A stretch of DNA of 64,000 nucleotides from Patescibacteria group bacterium (GCA_026415975.1 JAOAFZ010000002.1:49390-113389), one strand, 5' to 3'; counted from the stretch's first letter, positions 9,334-19,540 are shown. Notes: generated by a model from the sequence alone, not told the origin. A program made the numbers and translations.

Positions 9334-12181
9334 GGTAAGTAGGAGCAATAAGTATTTTTCCCGGGGTGCGTTTTTTTTCCGAGACGGTATATGCAATTTC
9401 CGGGTGAAGCATCTTTTCGCATAGTTCCGGAGCACTGCGGTAGATTCCTTCATCTATTTCAGCTGGTTCATTCGCAAAGGAACGGGCTGATTTTTCATCA
9501 ATACACCTCATACGTGCGAACGGGTTATATACTGCAGTTAGTTCTTTGAACCCCTTTTGTACAAAAACACGAAAATAATCTTCCCAGTTTTTTACTGACA
9601 CAAAGTGACCGTAAGCATGCTGAGGAATTGCCAGAAAGAGCGGAGCAGGTGCCGCCATCTCCCAGTACCATTCCGATGATCCGATAATCCCGATATACTC
9701 ATCCGGGTACTTGTCGAATTGATTGATTACTGCCCGCTCCCGAAGCTGGCGTATTGTTCCAAGGATCGTGCCCGAGTTTAGGATGATTTTTCCTGTTGCA
9801 GCGCGAAAATCAGGACGTATGCGCAAGAAGCCAATAACCTCGTCAATCCAGTAGGGAGAGTCTGGAACAAGGGTATCGTGCAGTAGTATTGCAAAAGGCG
9901 AACCTTCACTGCGTAAATACGAAAAATCCAGAGCCGAATGCCGTGCTGAGGCGGAGTATGATATTCTGGGATGAGTAATTCCGACAACCTCCTCAGAAAG
10001 TCCGTGAACCGCTATGGTGAAGTTTCGATAGTTTGAAATGTTGATAATCTTCTGTATTAGTTTTTGTGAATACTTGAGCCTGCTCGTGCGCAGATGAATA
10101 GCGACAGGTGCTTCATTTTTCTCCGGAATGAAGGCGATCTTGTTCTTATGACCTTCTAATGCTCCATGAGCAATGTAGCGTTTCGATTCGCAGTACTTTG
10201 TTAGTGCACACATCTGATTTTTCTGGGCATATGGTTTTGCATTAATACCGCTAGAAGTTGACGTGGCATGAATCCGCCAGTGATACAGGATTTTCGGTAT
10301 CCGGTAGAACTTTGCCCCTGTGGCAATAGCCCGTAGATAGTAATCCCAGTCCTGGGCACCATCGGTTTCAGTATCCAGCTCACCGATTGCATCGACTAGT
10401 TCTTTCTTGAGCACCGTAAAATGGGTCAGGTAGTTTGCAGAAAGCATCATTACTTCACTCATTTGTGGCTTAAAGAGGGGATTTAATGAAGAACTTGGCG
10501 AGTCTTCGAAAAGATCTTTATCTGAAAATGTAAAAGAAACTGAGCCGTCATTCAAAAATGCCGCGGCATTTTCGGCAAGAGCATTGCGATCCAGCATGTC
10601 GTCATGATCGAGAAAACAGATGTACGAACCGGTGGCGTGCCGGATACCTTCGTTGGTAGCGCCTGCAATGCCCCTGTTTTTTCTGAGGTGGACTACCCTG
10701 ATACGCTTGTCTTCTTTCGCAAGTTGGTTGAGTGTGCGGATCGTATCTTCGTTGGTGCTGGCATCATTAACAAGAATGTGCTCCCAATTTTTGTAGGTTT
10801 GCTTCCGGACTGAATTGATACACTGTTCAAGATGAGAGGGGTTGGTGTTATACACGGGAGTTACTATGCTAAATAGGGAGTGAAAACCTTTTAAGGGTAC
10901 AGCCTTTTGATTTTTTTTTCGGAATAGTCTCCAGTTTAAATACTCCTGCCGTTGTCGTTCGTATATTATGCTTGGAGCCTGAGGACCCGTTCCGCCAAAG
11001 AAGCTATTTTGAGTATGCATATCTTTACTTGTTAAGGTTATCCTATGGGAAAGCCGTGCCTTGATTGTACGGTACAGCTCATGCAGATAGTAAATGGGGA
11101 GCTTTTTTGAGTGCATGACTCGCCAAAGAAAGGTTGACTGAACACGAGCGAGTTGCTGGCGGTAGTTTGCCAGCTCGCTGCGTACTGTGTGCAACTCATA
11201 TGCTCGATGATTCAGCTGTGCCTCAAGTTCGCTCACTCTTATTTCGTAATCATAAAGCTTCATTTCCTGCGCGGCCAGCAATTGTTCGGTCTTCTCCTGA
11301 TACTCTGCGGAATACTCGTTTGATTCTATAGTTTTTACCGCGGAGACATAGTCTCGAACAATATCGCCGAAATAAGCTACGTACTTTGCTCGAAACTGCT
11401 GTAACTTCTGGGAGGACGTGGATTTTCTGATCTGCTCTACCAGTTCTGTCTTTTGATTTCGTTTTTTGTATATGATAAGCATCTTTCGATACGAAGGGCC
11501 CTCAAGATCGCCAACTTCCATAATATTTTCGTTGTAAAAGCGGTTCAGTTGTTCTAGGGCTTCGGTATGTGCAGGGTATTTTTCTTGAATAAAGTTCGCC
11601 AGAACAGTAAGAAGCCAATTATCCAGATTATTGGTTCCTAGTATTTCATAGGGATACCCTAATCCATCAAGATACGTAACGATTGTCCTGATGGATGGCT
11701 TTTTCATTGCGAAGTGTTCCTTAAGCCATCGGTGATCTCGACCTGTTATGCTTAGATAAAAGTCGTTTGCGAGGTGCTCTGCCTCGTCAACTCGTTTGGA
11801 ATCGTCGGGAAAGGCAATCACTACTACTTTTGAGGCAACGCGGATACATTCCTGAATAAATAGAATCTTTTTCTCTTCCGGCACGTGCTCAAGTACATCG
11901 GTTGAAATTACTGCATCAAATGAGTTTGTATCAAAGATCATCTGGGTACCATCTCCCCGGACGTATCGGTACGGTACATCCTTCGGGGTCGGAAGAGGAT
12001 CGATTACGGTTAGTTCATAGGGGAGCGAAGCCTCCCGAAACAGCGTATCTAAAAAGGTACCCCTGCCTCCAACGTCGAGAACCGTTTGTTTCTTATCAGC
12101 TAGTAATAGCTGAAGCACATGCATGATCCAAAAGTATCGAGAATACCCATCGGGCGAGATGGTGATAAACTTACTGGACAT
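9326..12181 (-). CDS. multidomain protein: SAM-methyltransferase, about 110 aa of coiled coil, GT2, and an extra C-terminal domain
   Basis: The N-terminus VLDVGGRGTFL...DAVISTDVLEHV is a class I methyltransferase motif. A heptad-rich stretch follows (QLLAAQEMKLYDYEIRVSELEAQLNHRAYELHTVRSELANYRQQLARVQ). The GT2 motif is FSIVTPVYNTNPSHLEQCINSVRKQTYKNWEHILVNDAST...FLDHDD. Confidence 0.75.
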   Translation of the reverse strand: MSSKFITISPDGYSRYFWIMHVLQLLLADKKQTVLDVGGRGTFLDTLFREASLPYELTVIDPLPTPKDVPYRYVRGDGTQMIFDTNSFDAVISTDVLEHVPEEKKILFIQECIRVASKVVVIAFPDDSKRVDEAEHLANDFYLSITGRDHRWLKEHFAMKKPSIRTIVTYLDGLGYPYEILGTNNLDNWLLTVLANFIQEKYPAHTEALEQLNRFYNENIMEVGDLEGPSYRKMLIIYKKRNQKTELVEQIRKSTSSQKLQQFRAKYVAYFGDIVRDYVSAVKTIESNEYSAEYQEKTEQLLAAQEMKLYDYEIRVSELEAQLNHRAYELHTVRSELANYRQQLARVQSTFLWRVMHSKKLPIYYLHELYRTIKARLSHRITLTSKDMHTQNSFFGGTGPQAPSIIYERQRQEYLNWRLFRKKNQKAVPLKGFHSLFSIVTPVYNTNPSHLEQCINSVRKQTYKNWEHILVNDASTNEDTIRTLNQLAKEDKRIRVVHLRKNRGIAGATNEGIRHATGSYICFLDHDDMLDRNALAENAAAFLNDGSVSFTFSDKDLFEDSPSSSLNPLFKPQMSEVMMLSANYLTHFTVLKKELVDAIGELDTETDGAQDWDYYLRAIATGAKFYRIPKILYHWRIHATSTSSGINAKPYAQKNQMCALTKYCESKRYIAHGALEGHKNKIAFIPEKNEAPVAIHLRTSRLKYSQKLIQKIINISNYRNFTIAVHGLSEEVVGITHPRISYSASARHSALDFSYLRSEGSPFAILLHDTLVPDSPYWIDEVIGFLRIRPDFRAATGKIILNSGTILGTIRQLRERAVINQFDKYPDEYIGIIGSSEWYWEMAAPAPLFLAIPQHAYGHFVSVKNWEDYFRVFVQKGFKELTAVYNPFARMRCIDEKSARSFANEPAEIDEGIYRSAPELCEKMLHPEIAYTVSEKKRTPGKILIAPTYHA

Positions 12182-12252
12182 ACTCTATGCGTATTATATA
12201 CCAACTTATCGCTATCTTGCGCTCATACCGACCGTTGAATTTGAATGTACGC

Positions 12253-13611
12253 CTAATCATTGCACTTCTCAATCGGTAGAAGAGTTTTCGGGATAATTCC
12301 CCTCCAACCTGACGACGCCTCCGGCTCAATGATTACCACCACAGAAGAAGTATCACCTGGTACTGACTGAGCCGCACAGAGGCGACTCGAAAACGGGGGA
12401 GCATGCAAGAACGGAGTGAAACGAGGGGGGTATATGATGTGAAGAATCCCGATAGCATAGACAAACACGACAAATACACTTCCAGCAATTCCCGGGTACC
12501 TGAATTTTTTCTGCGGACTAGATGCTAACTGAGAGAGGGCTATGATCAACACCAGCAGCGCAATTACGTTTACACCCATAAAGTAGCGGTCAGGGAATGT
12601 AGTGGTGTATGCATTCAAAAATGAGGTTAATCCCGGGCGCATTACGAGAGTTGCAGTGATCAGAACGAGTAGCGATAACGTTGAGAGTGTTAAGATGTAG
12701 CGGGTTCTTGGCCGTAAAGGGGTGAAAAATGACACGAGTACCACAACGCAGAATATGAGTACCCCTGCAATGGTTGTACCATCATTCATGAATCGATACC
12801 AGGGAAAGATGAGAGGGTATAAAATCATACGCGCACCGACCGTCTCAAGCACGGAGCTTGCCTTGAATGGTTCTGGAATCCCTCCTGTCCCACCCATACG
12901 CGGTAAAAGCACAATTAAGAGAATTGCAAGGGGTACAAGAAGGGATGCTTCGTTTTTAAGCAGAGCAGAGATATTTCGGGTGTGAGTGAGTTCAATACCA
13001 AGATATACCGCAACAAGAGCAAATACAACGGGGTTTGTACCTGCCGAGAGTACAATAAGCCCATCGATACCATAGCGAAGTTTTGTTCCGGCATGGAACT
13101 TACGCCAGTAAAGGAGCAATAGTACCATAAAAGGAATATGAAAACCGATCTGAACGAGTCTTCCGAAAACCTCTTCCTGAGACAGACCGAGTGGCATAAG
13201 GAGGATAAGAAAAAACAATAACAGACAGAAACTGTGAGGAAGAATCCTACACATGGTTTTATATGCTAATACCGCCAGTGACCCGTAAAAAATATAGGAG
13301 ACAATTGCAATGGTATAGCCTAAATTCCATACCAGGCTTCCGGAGGTTATACCACTTATGAGGGTTGCAAAAAACAAGAGTAGTATGTTAAGCCAAACAA
13401 AGTAATCGTCGCGGGCATGAAATAGGGTGTAAGGCCAACCTTCCCGCAAACCCATTGCGATCCATGCGCCGTCTTCGGCATAAACTATTGGATTGGTGAT
13501 CGGCTCAGGACACCGAATGAACAAAAACACGGCGGCAAAAAGCACCAAAGCTAAAAGGCGCATGGCAGGTAAAACTACCCGAAAAGGAATCGGGAAAAAC
13601 TTGTTACTCAT
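12253..13611 (-). CDS. polytopic membrane protein (possible polymerase or GT-C-like)
   Basis: A 452-aa protein that is almost entirely hydrophobic helices. It overlaps the upstream GT2 by 4 nt. No diagnostic motif was recognised. Confidence 0.5.
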   Translation of the reverse strand: MSNKFFPIPFRVVLPAMRLLALVLFAAVFLFIRCPEPITNPIVYAEDGAWIAMGLREGWPYTLFHARDDYFVWLNILLLFFATLISGITSGSLVWNLGYTIAIVSYIFYGSLAVLAYKTMCRILPHSFCLLLFFLILLMPLGLSQEEVFGRLVQIGFHIPFMVLLLLYWRKFHAGTKLRYGIDGLIVLSAGTNPVVFALVAVYLGIELTHTRNISALLKNEASLLVPLAILLIVLLPRMGGTGGIPEPFKASSVLETVGARMILYPLIFPWYRFMNDGTTIAGVLIFCVVVLVSFFTPLRPRTRYILTLSTLSLLVLITATLVMRPGLTSFLNAYTTTFPDRYFMGVNVIALLVLIIALSQLASSPQKKFRYPGIAGSVFVVFVYAIGILHIIYPPRFTPFLHAPPFSSRLCAAQSVPGDTSSVVVIIEPEASSGWRGIIPKTLLPIEKCND

Positions 13612-14417
13612 GCGTTAGACACTTTGGGGGTAAACCCCCCGGTAATGGTAATAAAAAGCGTGCGCAAAAGGTCTAGGTTTCCCCAAAATGCACTGATTTT
13701 TGTTGGCACTTTACCTTCCGGGTACGATCGGCTTACGGGAACTTCTGTTACTGCCAAGCCGATTTGCGAGGCTCGTACCGTAAGGTAGGCAAGCAACTCA
13801 TACCGCGAAAAAACCTCCCGAAACGGTTTAACGCGTGGGTCAAGAAGATACCTGCGGCTATACCCTCGAAATCCATTTGTTGTGTCGGTAAACCAGAAGT
13901 AACCAGCGGCAATACTCAGGAGAGGTGCATGGAGGTACCGATTAGCAAAGTGGCGCATTAGCGGCGTGTTACTTGCTTTTCCGCCCGGGCGGAAGCGAGA
14001 CCCCTGCACATAGTCCCATCCCTCGGAAAGTGCTTTTTTTATAATTGGGATTCCCTCAGGACCGTCTTTGCCGTTCCCGTCCATTGTGATAATCCCGACG
14101 TACCCCTGTATGAGTGCATAGGAATATGCCATCCTAAGTTGTGCACTCAGCTTACCCGGACCGGTCTTTGTTAGTAGTGTACGCACCCCGAATTTTTTTA
14201 ACTGCGAAGGATCGGTTGAGCCATCGGTTGAACCACCGTCGGCAATAATCAGATCAGCTTCATGAACATACGGTTGTAAAATCTCAAGCTGTCTTAAAAA
14301 CCGTTTCCCCTCGTTAAGTACCGGTATTACCAAGCAATACGAGTGCCTCGGCGGGGCAAGCTCCTTCGTCTCGTATGCCGGTACCTCCCAGTCCGTGGTA
14401 TCTGGTTGTGTTTTCAT
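13608..14417 (-). CDS. family 2 glycosyltransferase (Dpm1/polyprenyl-phosphate sugar synthase-like, soluble)
   Basis: CLVIPVLNEGKRFLRQLEIL...ADGGSTDGS. I prefer ATG at 14417 to the TTG at 14447 used in the ORF track. Confidence 0.7.
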   Translation of the reverse strand: MKTQPDTTDWEVPAYETKELAPPRHSYCLVIPVLNEGKRFLRQLEILQPYVHEADLIIADGGSTDGSTDPSQLKKFGVRTLLTKTGPGKLSAQLRMAYSYALIQGYVGIITMDGNGKDGPEGIPIIKKALSEGWDYVQGSRFRPGGKASNTPLMRHFANRYLHAPLLSIAAGYFWFTDTTNGFRGYSRRYLLDPRVKPFREVFSRYELLAYLTVRASQIGLAVTEVPVSRSYPEGKVPTKISAFWGNLDLLRTLFITITGGFTPKVSNA

Positions 14418-14421
14418 ATGG

Positions 14422-15237
14422 CTAATACAGTTTCGCAACCTGCGCAAGAGAACTGCGAATTCTTACAAGCTTACTATCGCTTGGATCGGGGCGCATCTCT
14501 ATTGAGATCCATTCGGTATAGTTGCCCTCTCGAAGACAAGCTGCTATCTCTTGATGCGGGAGAGCGTGTGTGCCAATCGGATCAAGATCTGGCTCACTCA
14601 CATGCACGTGTTTAACAAAAGGGAGCGACTGCCGGATTGTTTCTCGGATCGGTTCGTTAGTTAGGTACAGTTCTCCAGTGTCCAGGTGGAGCCGTAAGTA
14701 GGGGTGGTTTACACGCTGTACTAAAGCAAGTGCCTCTGCGGTTTTTGTAATATAATTTCCGCCGTACCTTTCCGGATTTGCCTCTATGCAAAGGTAGATG
14801 CCGTACGCCCCACTATAGTCCGCAAGTTGAGTAAAAACCTCATATGCCAGAGAATTTGCCTCTTCACGAGACATGCCAAGAGGGATCCTGCGGTTTTTAG
14901 GCGAGCCGAAGACGATTTTTTTTACCCCCAGTTCGTGGGCAATTGCAAACACCTTCCGGTGATACGCAATGGTAGCAATGCGAGCTTCCTCGCTCTCAAA
15001 CAGGGTGAGCTCCGGCTTTCCGTATAGAATGGACTGCATTGCAACAATGCGAAATCCGGCATCTTCCCAACTCTCTCGGCATCGGTCTGCATCAGCGGCA
15101 GTAACCTCAGAAAGGTCTGGCCATATTTTTGTCGGTGCAATTTCTATACCATGAAAATCGAATTGTTTTAGTAAATCCTGGATGCGTGTATCGTCCGCCA
15201 TTTCCCACGCAATATTTGAGATAGCTTTTTTATTCAT
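14422..15237 (-). CDS. sugar-phosphate isomerase/epimerase (xylose-isomerase-like TIM barrel)
   Basis: FHGIEIAPTK..., LCIEANPERYGGNY and LHLDTGELYL are typical metal-ligand strands of the AP_endonuc_2 fold. Confidence 0.65.
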   Translation of the reverse strand: MNKKAISNIAWEMADDTRIQDLLKQFDFHGIEIAPTKIWPDLSEVTAADADRCRESWEDAGFRIVAMQSILYGKPELTLFESEEARIATIAYHRKVFAIAHELGVKKIVFGSPKNRRIPLGMSREEANSLAYEVFTQLADYSGAYGIYLCIEANPERYGGNYITKTAEALALVQRVNHPYLRLHLDTGELYLTNEPIRETIRQSLPFVKHVHVSEPDLDPIGTHALPHQEIAACLREGNYTEWISIEMRPDPSDSKLVRIRSSLAQVAKLY

Positions 15238-15240
15238 AGC

Positions 15241-16014
15241 TTATTCAAGTTTCGTCTTCGGTTCGGTTTTTATAAACGTTTGAATCTCTTTCAGTATCTG
15301 ATCTTTTCCGTACAAATACCCATTCTTTCCACCAAAAAGTTGCGCATATTTGCTCTTGAGATTGTACTGTACCGGCTTGACACCGTTGCCTGGCTTAAGT
15401 TCCAGATGAGCTACAGTTTTTGCGATATCACCGGCCCGCAGGGGTTCGGTTGCCATGGTAATAAGTGGTATATTTTGGGAGAGCACAGTCTGAATATCCT
15501 GCCAGATACGGTTCATGTTATAAAACTGAAACATACTGTCGGGATGCGTGTAGTCAAGCATTCGATTATTCAGCAAATCGAAGATAAAGTTTTTTCTCAA
15601 TCCCGGCCCAAACAATGCCGGAAGTCGGATGATGTGATGGCGCTCGTATCGCTCACGAACATATTCCTCAAGAAGTAATCTGTGTTTGCCATAAGGTTGC
15701 AGTGTACTGCTTTCTATACCATGATCCTCATCCACCCCGCTGAGAGTATCATAGACATCTACTGTTGAGATAAGAACAAAACGGTGAATGGTAATTTTTT
15801 CTAGTGTGCGACATATTGAATCAATCGCAGCGCGGTCTTCCGCCGGATGCTGGTTCGCGAGCCATTTTTTACCGGGAGCGGCGGCACAAAAGAACAAGTC
15901 ATATGATTTGCCAGCGCTCTCTGCGCTGTTTTTCGAGTTATAAAGATCGGTAAAGCGGTGTTGCGAGGCGAGTATGCTCCCCACAAACCCGGTATATCCT
16001 ATTAGTGCATCCAT
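15241..16014 (-). CDS. NAD(P)-binding epimerase/reductase-like protein
   Basis: The N-terminal ALIGYTGFVGSIL is a Rossmann GxxGxxG motif. The protein is 257 aa. Confidence 0.55.
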   Translation of the reverse strand: MDALIGYTGFVGSILASQHRFTDLYNSKNSAESAGKSYDLFFCAAAPGKKWLANQHPAEDRAAIDSICRTLEKITIHRFVLISTVDVYDTLSGVDEDHGIESSTLQPYGKHRLLLEEYVRERYERHHIIRLPALFGPGLRKNFIFDLLNNRMLDYTHPDSMFQFYNMNRIWQDIQTVLSQNIPLITMATEPLRAGDIAKTVAHLELKPGNGVKPVQYNLKSKYAQLFGGKNGYLYGKDQILKEIQTFIKTEPKTKLE

Positions 16015-16020
16015 ACGAGT

Positions 16021-16995
16021 TTACACAACATTTAACGGTGAGGCTTTGTCTTCGATGTAAACCGAACTATCATACTCATCGGTGATAAAATATGTTGGAT
16101 CGTGTCGCGACTCGTTTAGTATCCGCAGAAGATATTCTGATATGATCGTGAGAATAAAAAACGTCACAAAGAACATACTTGAGGTGAGTAGTGAGGTTGT
16201 TATCCACCCCTCGGCAACGTCCTTCTTGAGTTGGGCAACGATAAAAACGTAAAGAATATACACCAAATTAATAAACCCCGCTGCCATACCAGCAAATGTT
16301 GCTATGCGCAAAGGTCGGGCAGAGTTGGAGATCGCACTGTCGATAACAGAGGAGAGAATTTTTGTTATAGCGAGGTGTTTTTTGTCAATATGGCTGAGAT
16401 CTGGAACATACGTTATGATCTTCTTGCGAAAACCGATAAATGAATACATGTAACTGAAAGAACGCTGTCTCCGGTTCATACGGGAAATCGCATTAACTAC
16501 TTTTCTTGAGACCCCACTGCAATAGTTTAAGGAGAAAACAAATCCGCTCCGAGAGAGCCTGCCGATAACATAAAGAATAAACGAGAGGAGCATGCTTTTT
16601 TTTCGGAGTTCTCCTTCTTTAAATCGTCCCAGCACAATATCGTACCCTTTCATCAGCTCCGCAACGAGCCGCTCTAGTATTTCCGGAGGATCGGTTTCCA
16701 GATTGATCGTTAGGACATAGTCCCCGATAGCGTGATCAAAACCCGCAGATAATGCGTGCTCCGTATCTATATGTCTTGAAAGAACAAGTATCCTGGTTTC
16801 CTGAGCCATCTTCTGAAACTTCTGAAGAAGGACTAACGAATTATCGGTGGAGGCATTGTCAACAATGAGCAACTCCTTTCCCGAGAACTGGTTTAATGTA
16901 TCGCGAATTTTATGGAGCGAGGGAATAACTCGTTCGGCGTTATTTGCAACAAGCGCAATTACGGTTACGAATACACTCCGGGTTTTTTTCTTCAT
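16021..16995 (-). CDS. membrane-anchored GT2 (GtrB/ArnC-like polyprenyl-phosphate glycosyltransferase)
   Basis: VFVTVIALVANNAERVIPSL...VDNASTDNS, plus two C-terminal TM helices. ATG 16995 is preceded by GAAGG. The ORF-track start at 17013 is a TTG. Confidence 0.7.
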   Translation of the reverse strand: MKKKTRSVFVTVIALVANNAERVIPSLHKIRDTLNQFSGKELLIVDNASTDNSLVLLQKFQKMAQETRILVLSRHIDTEHALSAGFDHAIGDYVLTINLETDPPEILERLVAELMKGYDIVLGRFKEGELRKKSMLLSFILYVIGRLSRSGFVFSLNYCSGVSRKVVNAISRMNRRQRSFSYMYSFIGFRKKIITYVPDLSHIDKKHLAITKILSSVIDSAISNSARPLRIATFAGMAAGFINLVYILYVFIVAQLKKDVAEGWITTSLLTSSMFFVTFFILTIISEYLLRILNESRHDPTYFITDEYDSSVYIEDKASPLNVV

Positions 16996-17066
16996 TGATC
17001 TTTTCGCCTTCAATGCGTATATTGTATATTACCATATCACAAAAAGTTTGGCGGTATTTGGCGTAT

Positions 17067-18167
17067 ATGCATTTTGACGTAATAGTAATCGGCGGAGGAT
17101 TCTACGGATGCGAACTTGCGCGGCAGTTTCGAGCAAAAGGATATTCGGTTCTCATAGTGGAACGCTCCAACAAACTTTTGACGCGCGCATCGTATGTAAA
17201 TCAAGCTCGCGTGCATAATGGATACCATTATCCCAGAGACTATATTACGGCAAAACGGTCGCATGTAAACTTCCAAACGTTTGTTCGTGATTACTCATAT
17301 GCCATAGACTCATCGTTTACCAAGCTATATGCTATTGCAAAACACAACTCCAAGGTGGCCTCTGCTCAGTTTCTTCAGTTTTGTAGGAAGGTGGGATCGC
17401 CAATTGCACCTGCCGCACAAAAATACCAAGATTTATTTGACATGAGCAGGATTGATGCAGTTTATGAGGTGCAGGAGTATGCGTTTAATGCGGTTGCTTT
17501 GCGCAACCGGCTCGCCTTATTACTTGAAAAAGAGCGCATCCCCGTGACGTATGGCGTTGAGGCAGATAGGATAAGCTGTGAGTCCGGAAAACTTACTGTC
17601 TTCTTGAACGATGAAACAACGCATAGTGCAAATCTTGTAATTAACGCAACGTATTCACGTATTAACGATTTTTTACATAAGTCCTCTTTGCCTTTATTGC
17701 CATTCAAGCACGAGGTTATTGAGATGGCGGTAATTGAACCACCGTCTGAGCTGCGGTCTTTAGGAGTAACTGTAATGGACGGACCATACTTTTCCACAAT
17801 GCCGTTTCCTGCTGAGGGGCTTCATTCATTAAGCCATGTCCATTACACACCTGTCGTTTCCTGGTCGGATGATCCAACCCAAAAACCTGTTGATCCTTAC
17901 CAAAAATTAAATTCTTATCCGAAGGTTTCAAAGGTGGAGTATATGATAAAGGATGGGTCGCGATACCTTCCCTGCCTTCAAAAAGCAACGTACAGGCATT
18001 CTCTCTACGAAGTTAAGACTGTCCTTCTTGATAACGAAGACAATGACGGCAGACCGATTCTCTTTAGAAAAGATTATGGACTGAAAGGTTTTTGTGTGGT
18101 TATGGGTGGCAAGATTGACAATATTTACGACATTATTCTTGCATTTAAACGAGAGGGACTACTGTAA
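17067..18167 (+). CDS. FAD-dependent oxidoreductase
   Basis: MHFDVIVIGGGFYGCELA...LIVER is a dinucleotide-binding motif. I chose the start at ATG 17067, because the ORF-track extension (from 16944) overlaps the divergent gene. Confidence 0.75.
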   Translation: MHFDVIVIGGGFYGCELARQFRAKGYSVLIVERSNKLLTRASYVNQARVHNGYHYPRDYITAKRSHVNFQTFVRDYSYAIDSSFTKLYAIAKHNSKVASAQFLQFCRKVGSPIAPAAQKYQDLFDMSRIDAVYEVQEYAFNAVALRNRLALLLEKERIPVTYGVEADRISCESGKLTVFLNDETTHSANLVINATYSRINDFLHKSSLPLLPFKHEVIEMAVIEPPSELRSLGVTVMDGPYFSTMPFPAEGLHSLSHVHYTPVVSWSDDPTQKPVDPYQKLNSYPKVSKVEYMIKDGSRYLPCLQKATYRHSLYEVKTVLLDNEDNDGRPILFRKDYGLKGFCVVMGGKIDNIYDIILAFKREGLL

Positions 18168-18223
18168 AGTGTTGCCCACGAGCCCCACTTGTCTTTTTAC
18201 AGGCAGTGATCATGAGTATGAAC

Positions 18224-19540
18224 TTAAAATATCTTAAAGTAAGTTAAGTATGGTATAAGCAAGTACTCCCATGCCGCAATAAACCAATAAAGAATAAAAA
18301 TTCCACTCAGAAGATATACACCCTTCTTGCGGAAAAATGTCAAAATAAAATAATACATGAGTATAAGCATAGGAGTAATGTTTAAAAAGAAGTACCGGTC
18401 GATAATGGAGGGTATGCGGGTAGAAATAGTAGAGTATGTAAGAAATACGCAACTTCCAAAAATTGCCGCCCAGAAAGCTCCAAGTATTAAAAATCGTTTT
18501 TTTAAGGCTACCACCCATAGTGTGCAGAATGCAAGAAATAGCAAGGAAGGAATAAATAAACCCAGGTTTCTTGCCAGATTATTGTGCACTGACTGAAGAA
18601 AAATTCCTTTTCTAAATGTTTCAAGTACGAATGTCATTGATCTCATTACATCATATGACTCGTTGTTTGGATTTACTATCGGTAAGACAAAATCAATGTG
18701 TTTTCTCGCACCAGTCAAGTCGTGATAATGCACAAAGTTGTAAATAAAAAAGGGTAACGCGAAAAGTGCTACAGTGATACTATAGACAAGAGCTTTTTTA
18801 AATCCATACCGCAACCACAACACCAGTGCAGAAATTGGGAAGAAGGAAATAGCAGTAAACCTTGTATAGAAAATAAGCACTGACAGAGTGGTAAAAATAA
18901 TAAAAATTTTACGGGAAAAAGGCTCTGAAGAGATTCTTGTTAGCAAATACAGCCCCAAACTAAAGAAAAAAACCGCCATGTGTTCGTTGCTTACCGGAAT
19001 CAGAATTTGAAGCATTCTTTCAGAAAAGAAGCTTATAGTAAGAAGTGAGAAAAAAAGCAGATCAAATCGTGGAATGATTTTTCTGCCCACCAGCAGATAG
19101 TATGTCTTAATTACCGTAATCACGGTTGCCGCCAACAACACTACTCCAAGAAGGCGCGCTCCGTGAAAGATAAGTGTAGGGTCCTTAAATATAAGATAGA
19201 TTGGGCTTAGTAGCAATGCCACCACAAGGTAGTAAAAGGGTGGTTGCACGGCCCCATAGTTTGCATGTGCTGGAATTAGCTTTGCGTGAAAGGACGAATT
19301 TTGCTCAAGCAACTGAAAAAGCCAGATATCGTTTTCATGGAGGGTGGGCAAGCGTTTTGCATAGAGAATCCTGAGAATATATTCAAAATGCGCTGCTTCA
19401 TCAATGACAGAGTAGACAGGGTAGGTGAATGAGATCGTTATTCCAAAAAATATGAGTGGAATAAGGAGCAGGTACAGATTTCTGTATCTTAAAAAAAGCA
19501 ATAACGTAGCGACAAGTATAAAAATGAAGATCGTGTTCAT
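18224..19540 (-). CDS. GT-C-fold membrane glycosyltransferase-like protein
   Basis: A 438-aa protein with at least 10 TM helices. The first loop carries VIDEAAHFEY, an acidic D-E...H motif as in lipid-carrier-dependent GT-C/DUF2142-type enzymes. Confidence 0.5.
   Translation of the reverse strand: MNTIFIFILVATLLLFLRYRNLYLLLIPLIFFGITISFTYPVYSVIDEAAHFEYILRILYAKRLPTLHENDIWLFQLLEQNSSFHAKLIPAHANYGAVQPPFYYLVVALLLSPIYLIFKDPTLIFHGARLLGVVLLAATVITVIKTYYLLVGRKIIPRFDLLFFSLLTISFFSERMLQILIPVSNEHMAVFFFSLGLYLLTRISSEPFSRKIFIIFTTLSVLIFYTRFTAISFFPISALVLWLRYGFKKALVYSITVALFALPFFIYNFVHYHDLTGARKHIDFVLPIVNPNNESYDVMRSMTFVLETFRKGIFLQSVHNNLARNLGLFIPSLLFLAFCTLWVVALKKRFLILGAFWAAIFGSCVFLTYSTISTRIPSIIDRYFFLNITPMLILMYYFILTFFRKKGVYLLSGIFILYWFIAAWEYLLIPYLTYFKIF

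Noticed and set aside
9334-9453. A 128-nt overlap between the WsaF-like GT ORF and the 951-aa gene.
   Set aside because: An internal ATG at 9333, 5 nt after the upstream stop, removes the overlap, and the extension has no homology-like features.
16944-17066. N-terminal extension of the FAD oxidoreductase ORF.
   Set aside because: The extension overlaps the divergent GT2 gene, and the Rossmann motif starts right after ATG 17067.
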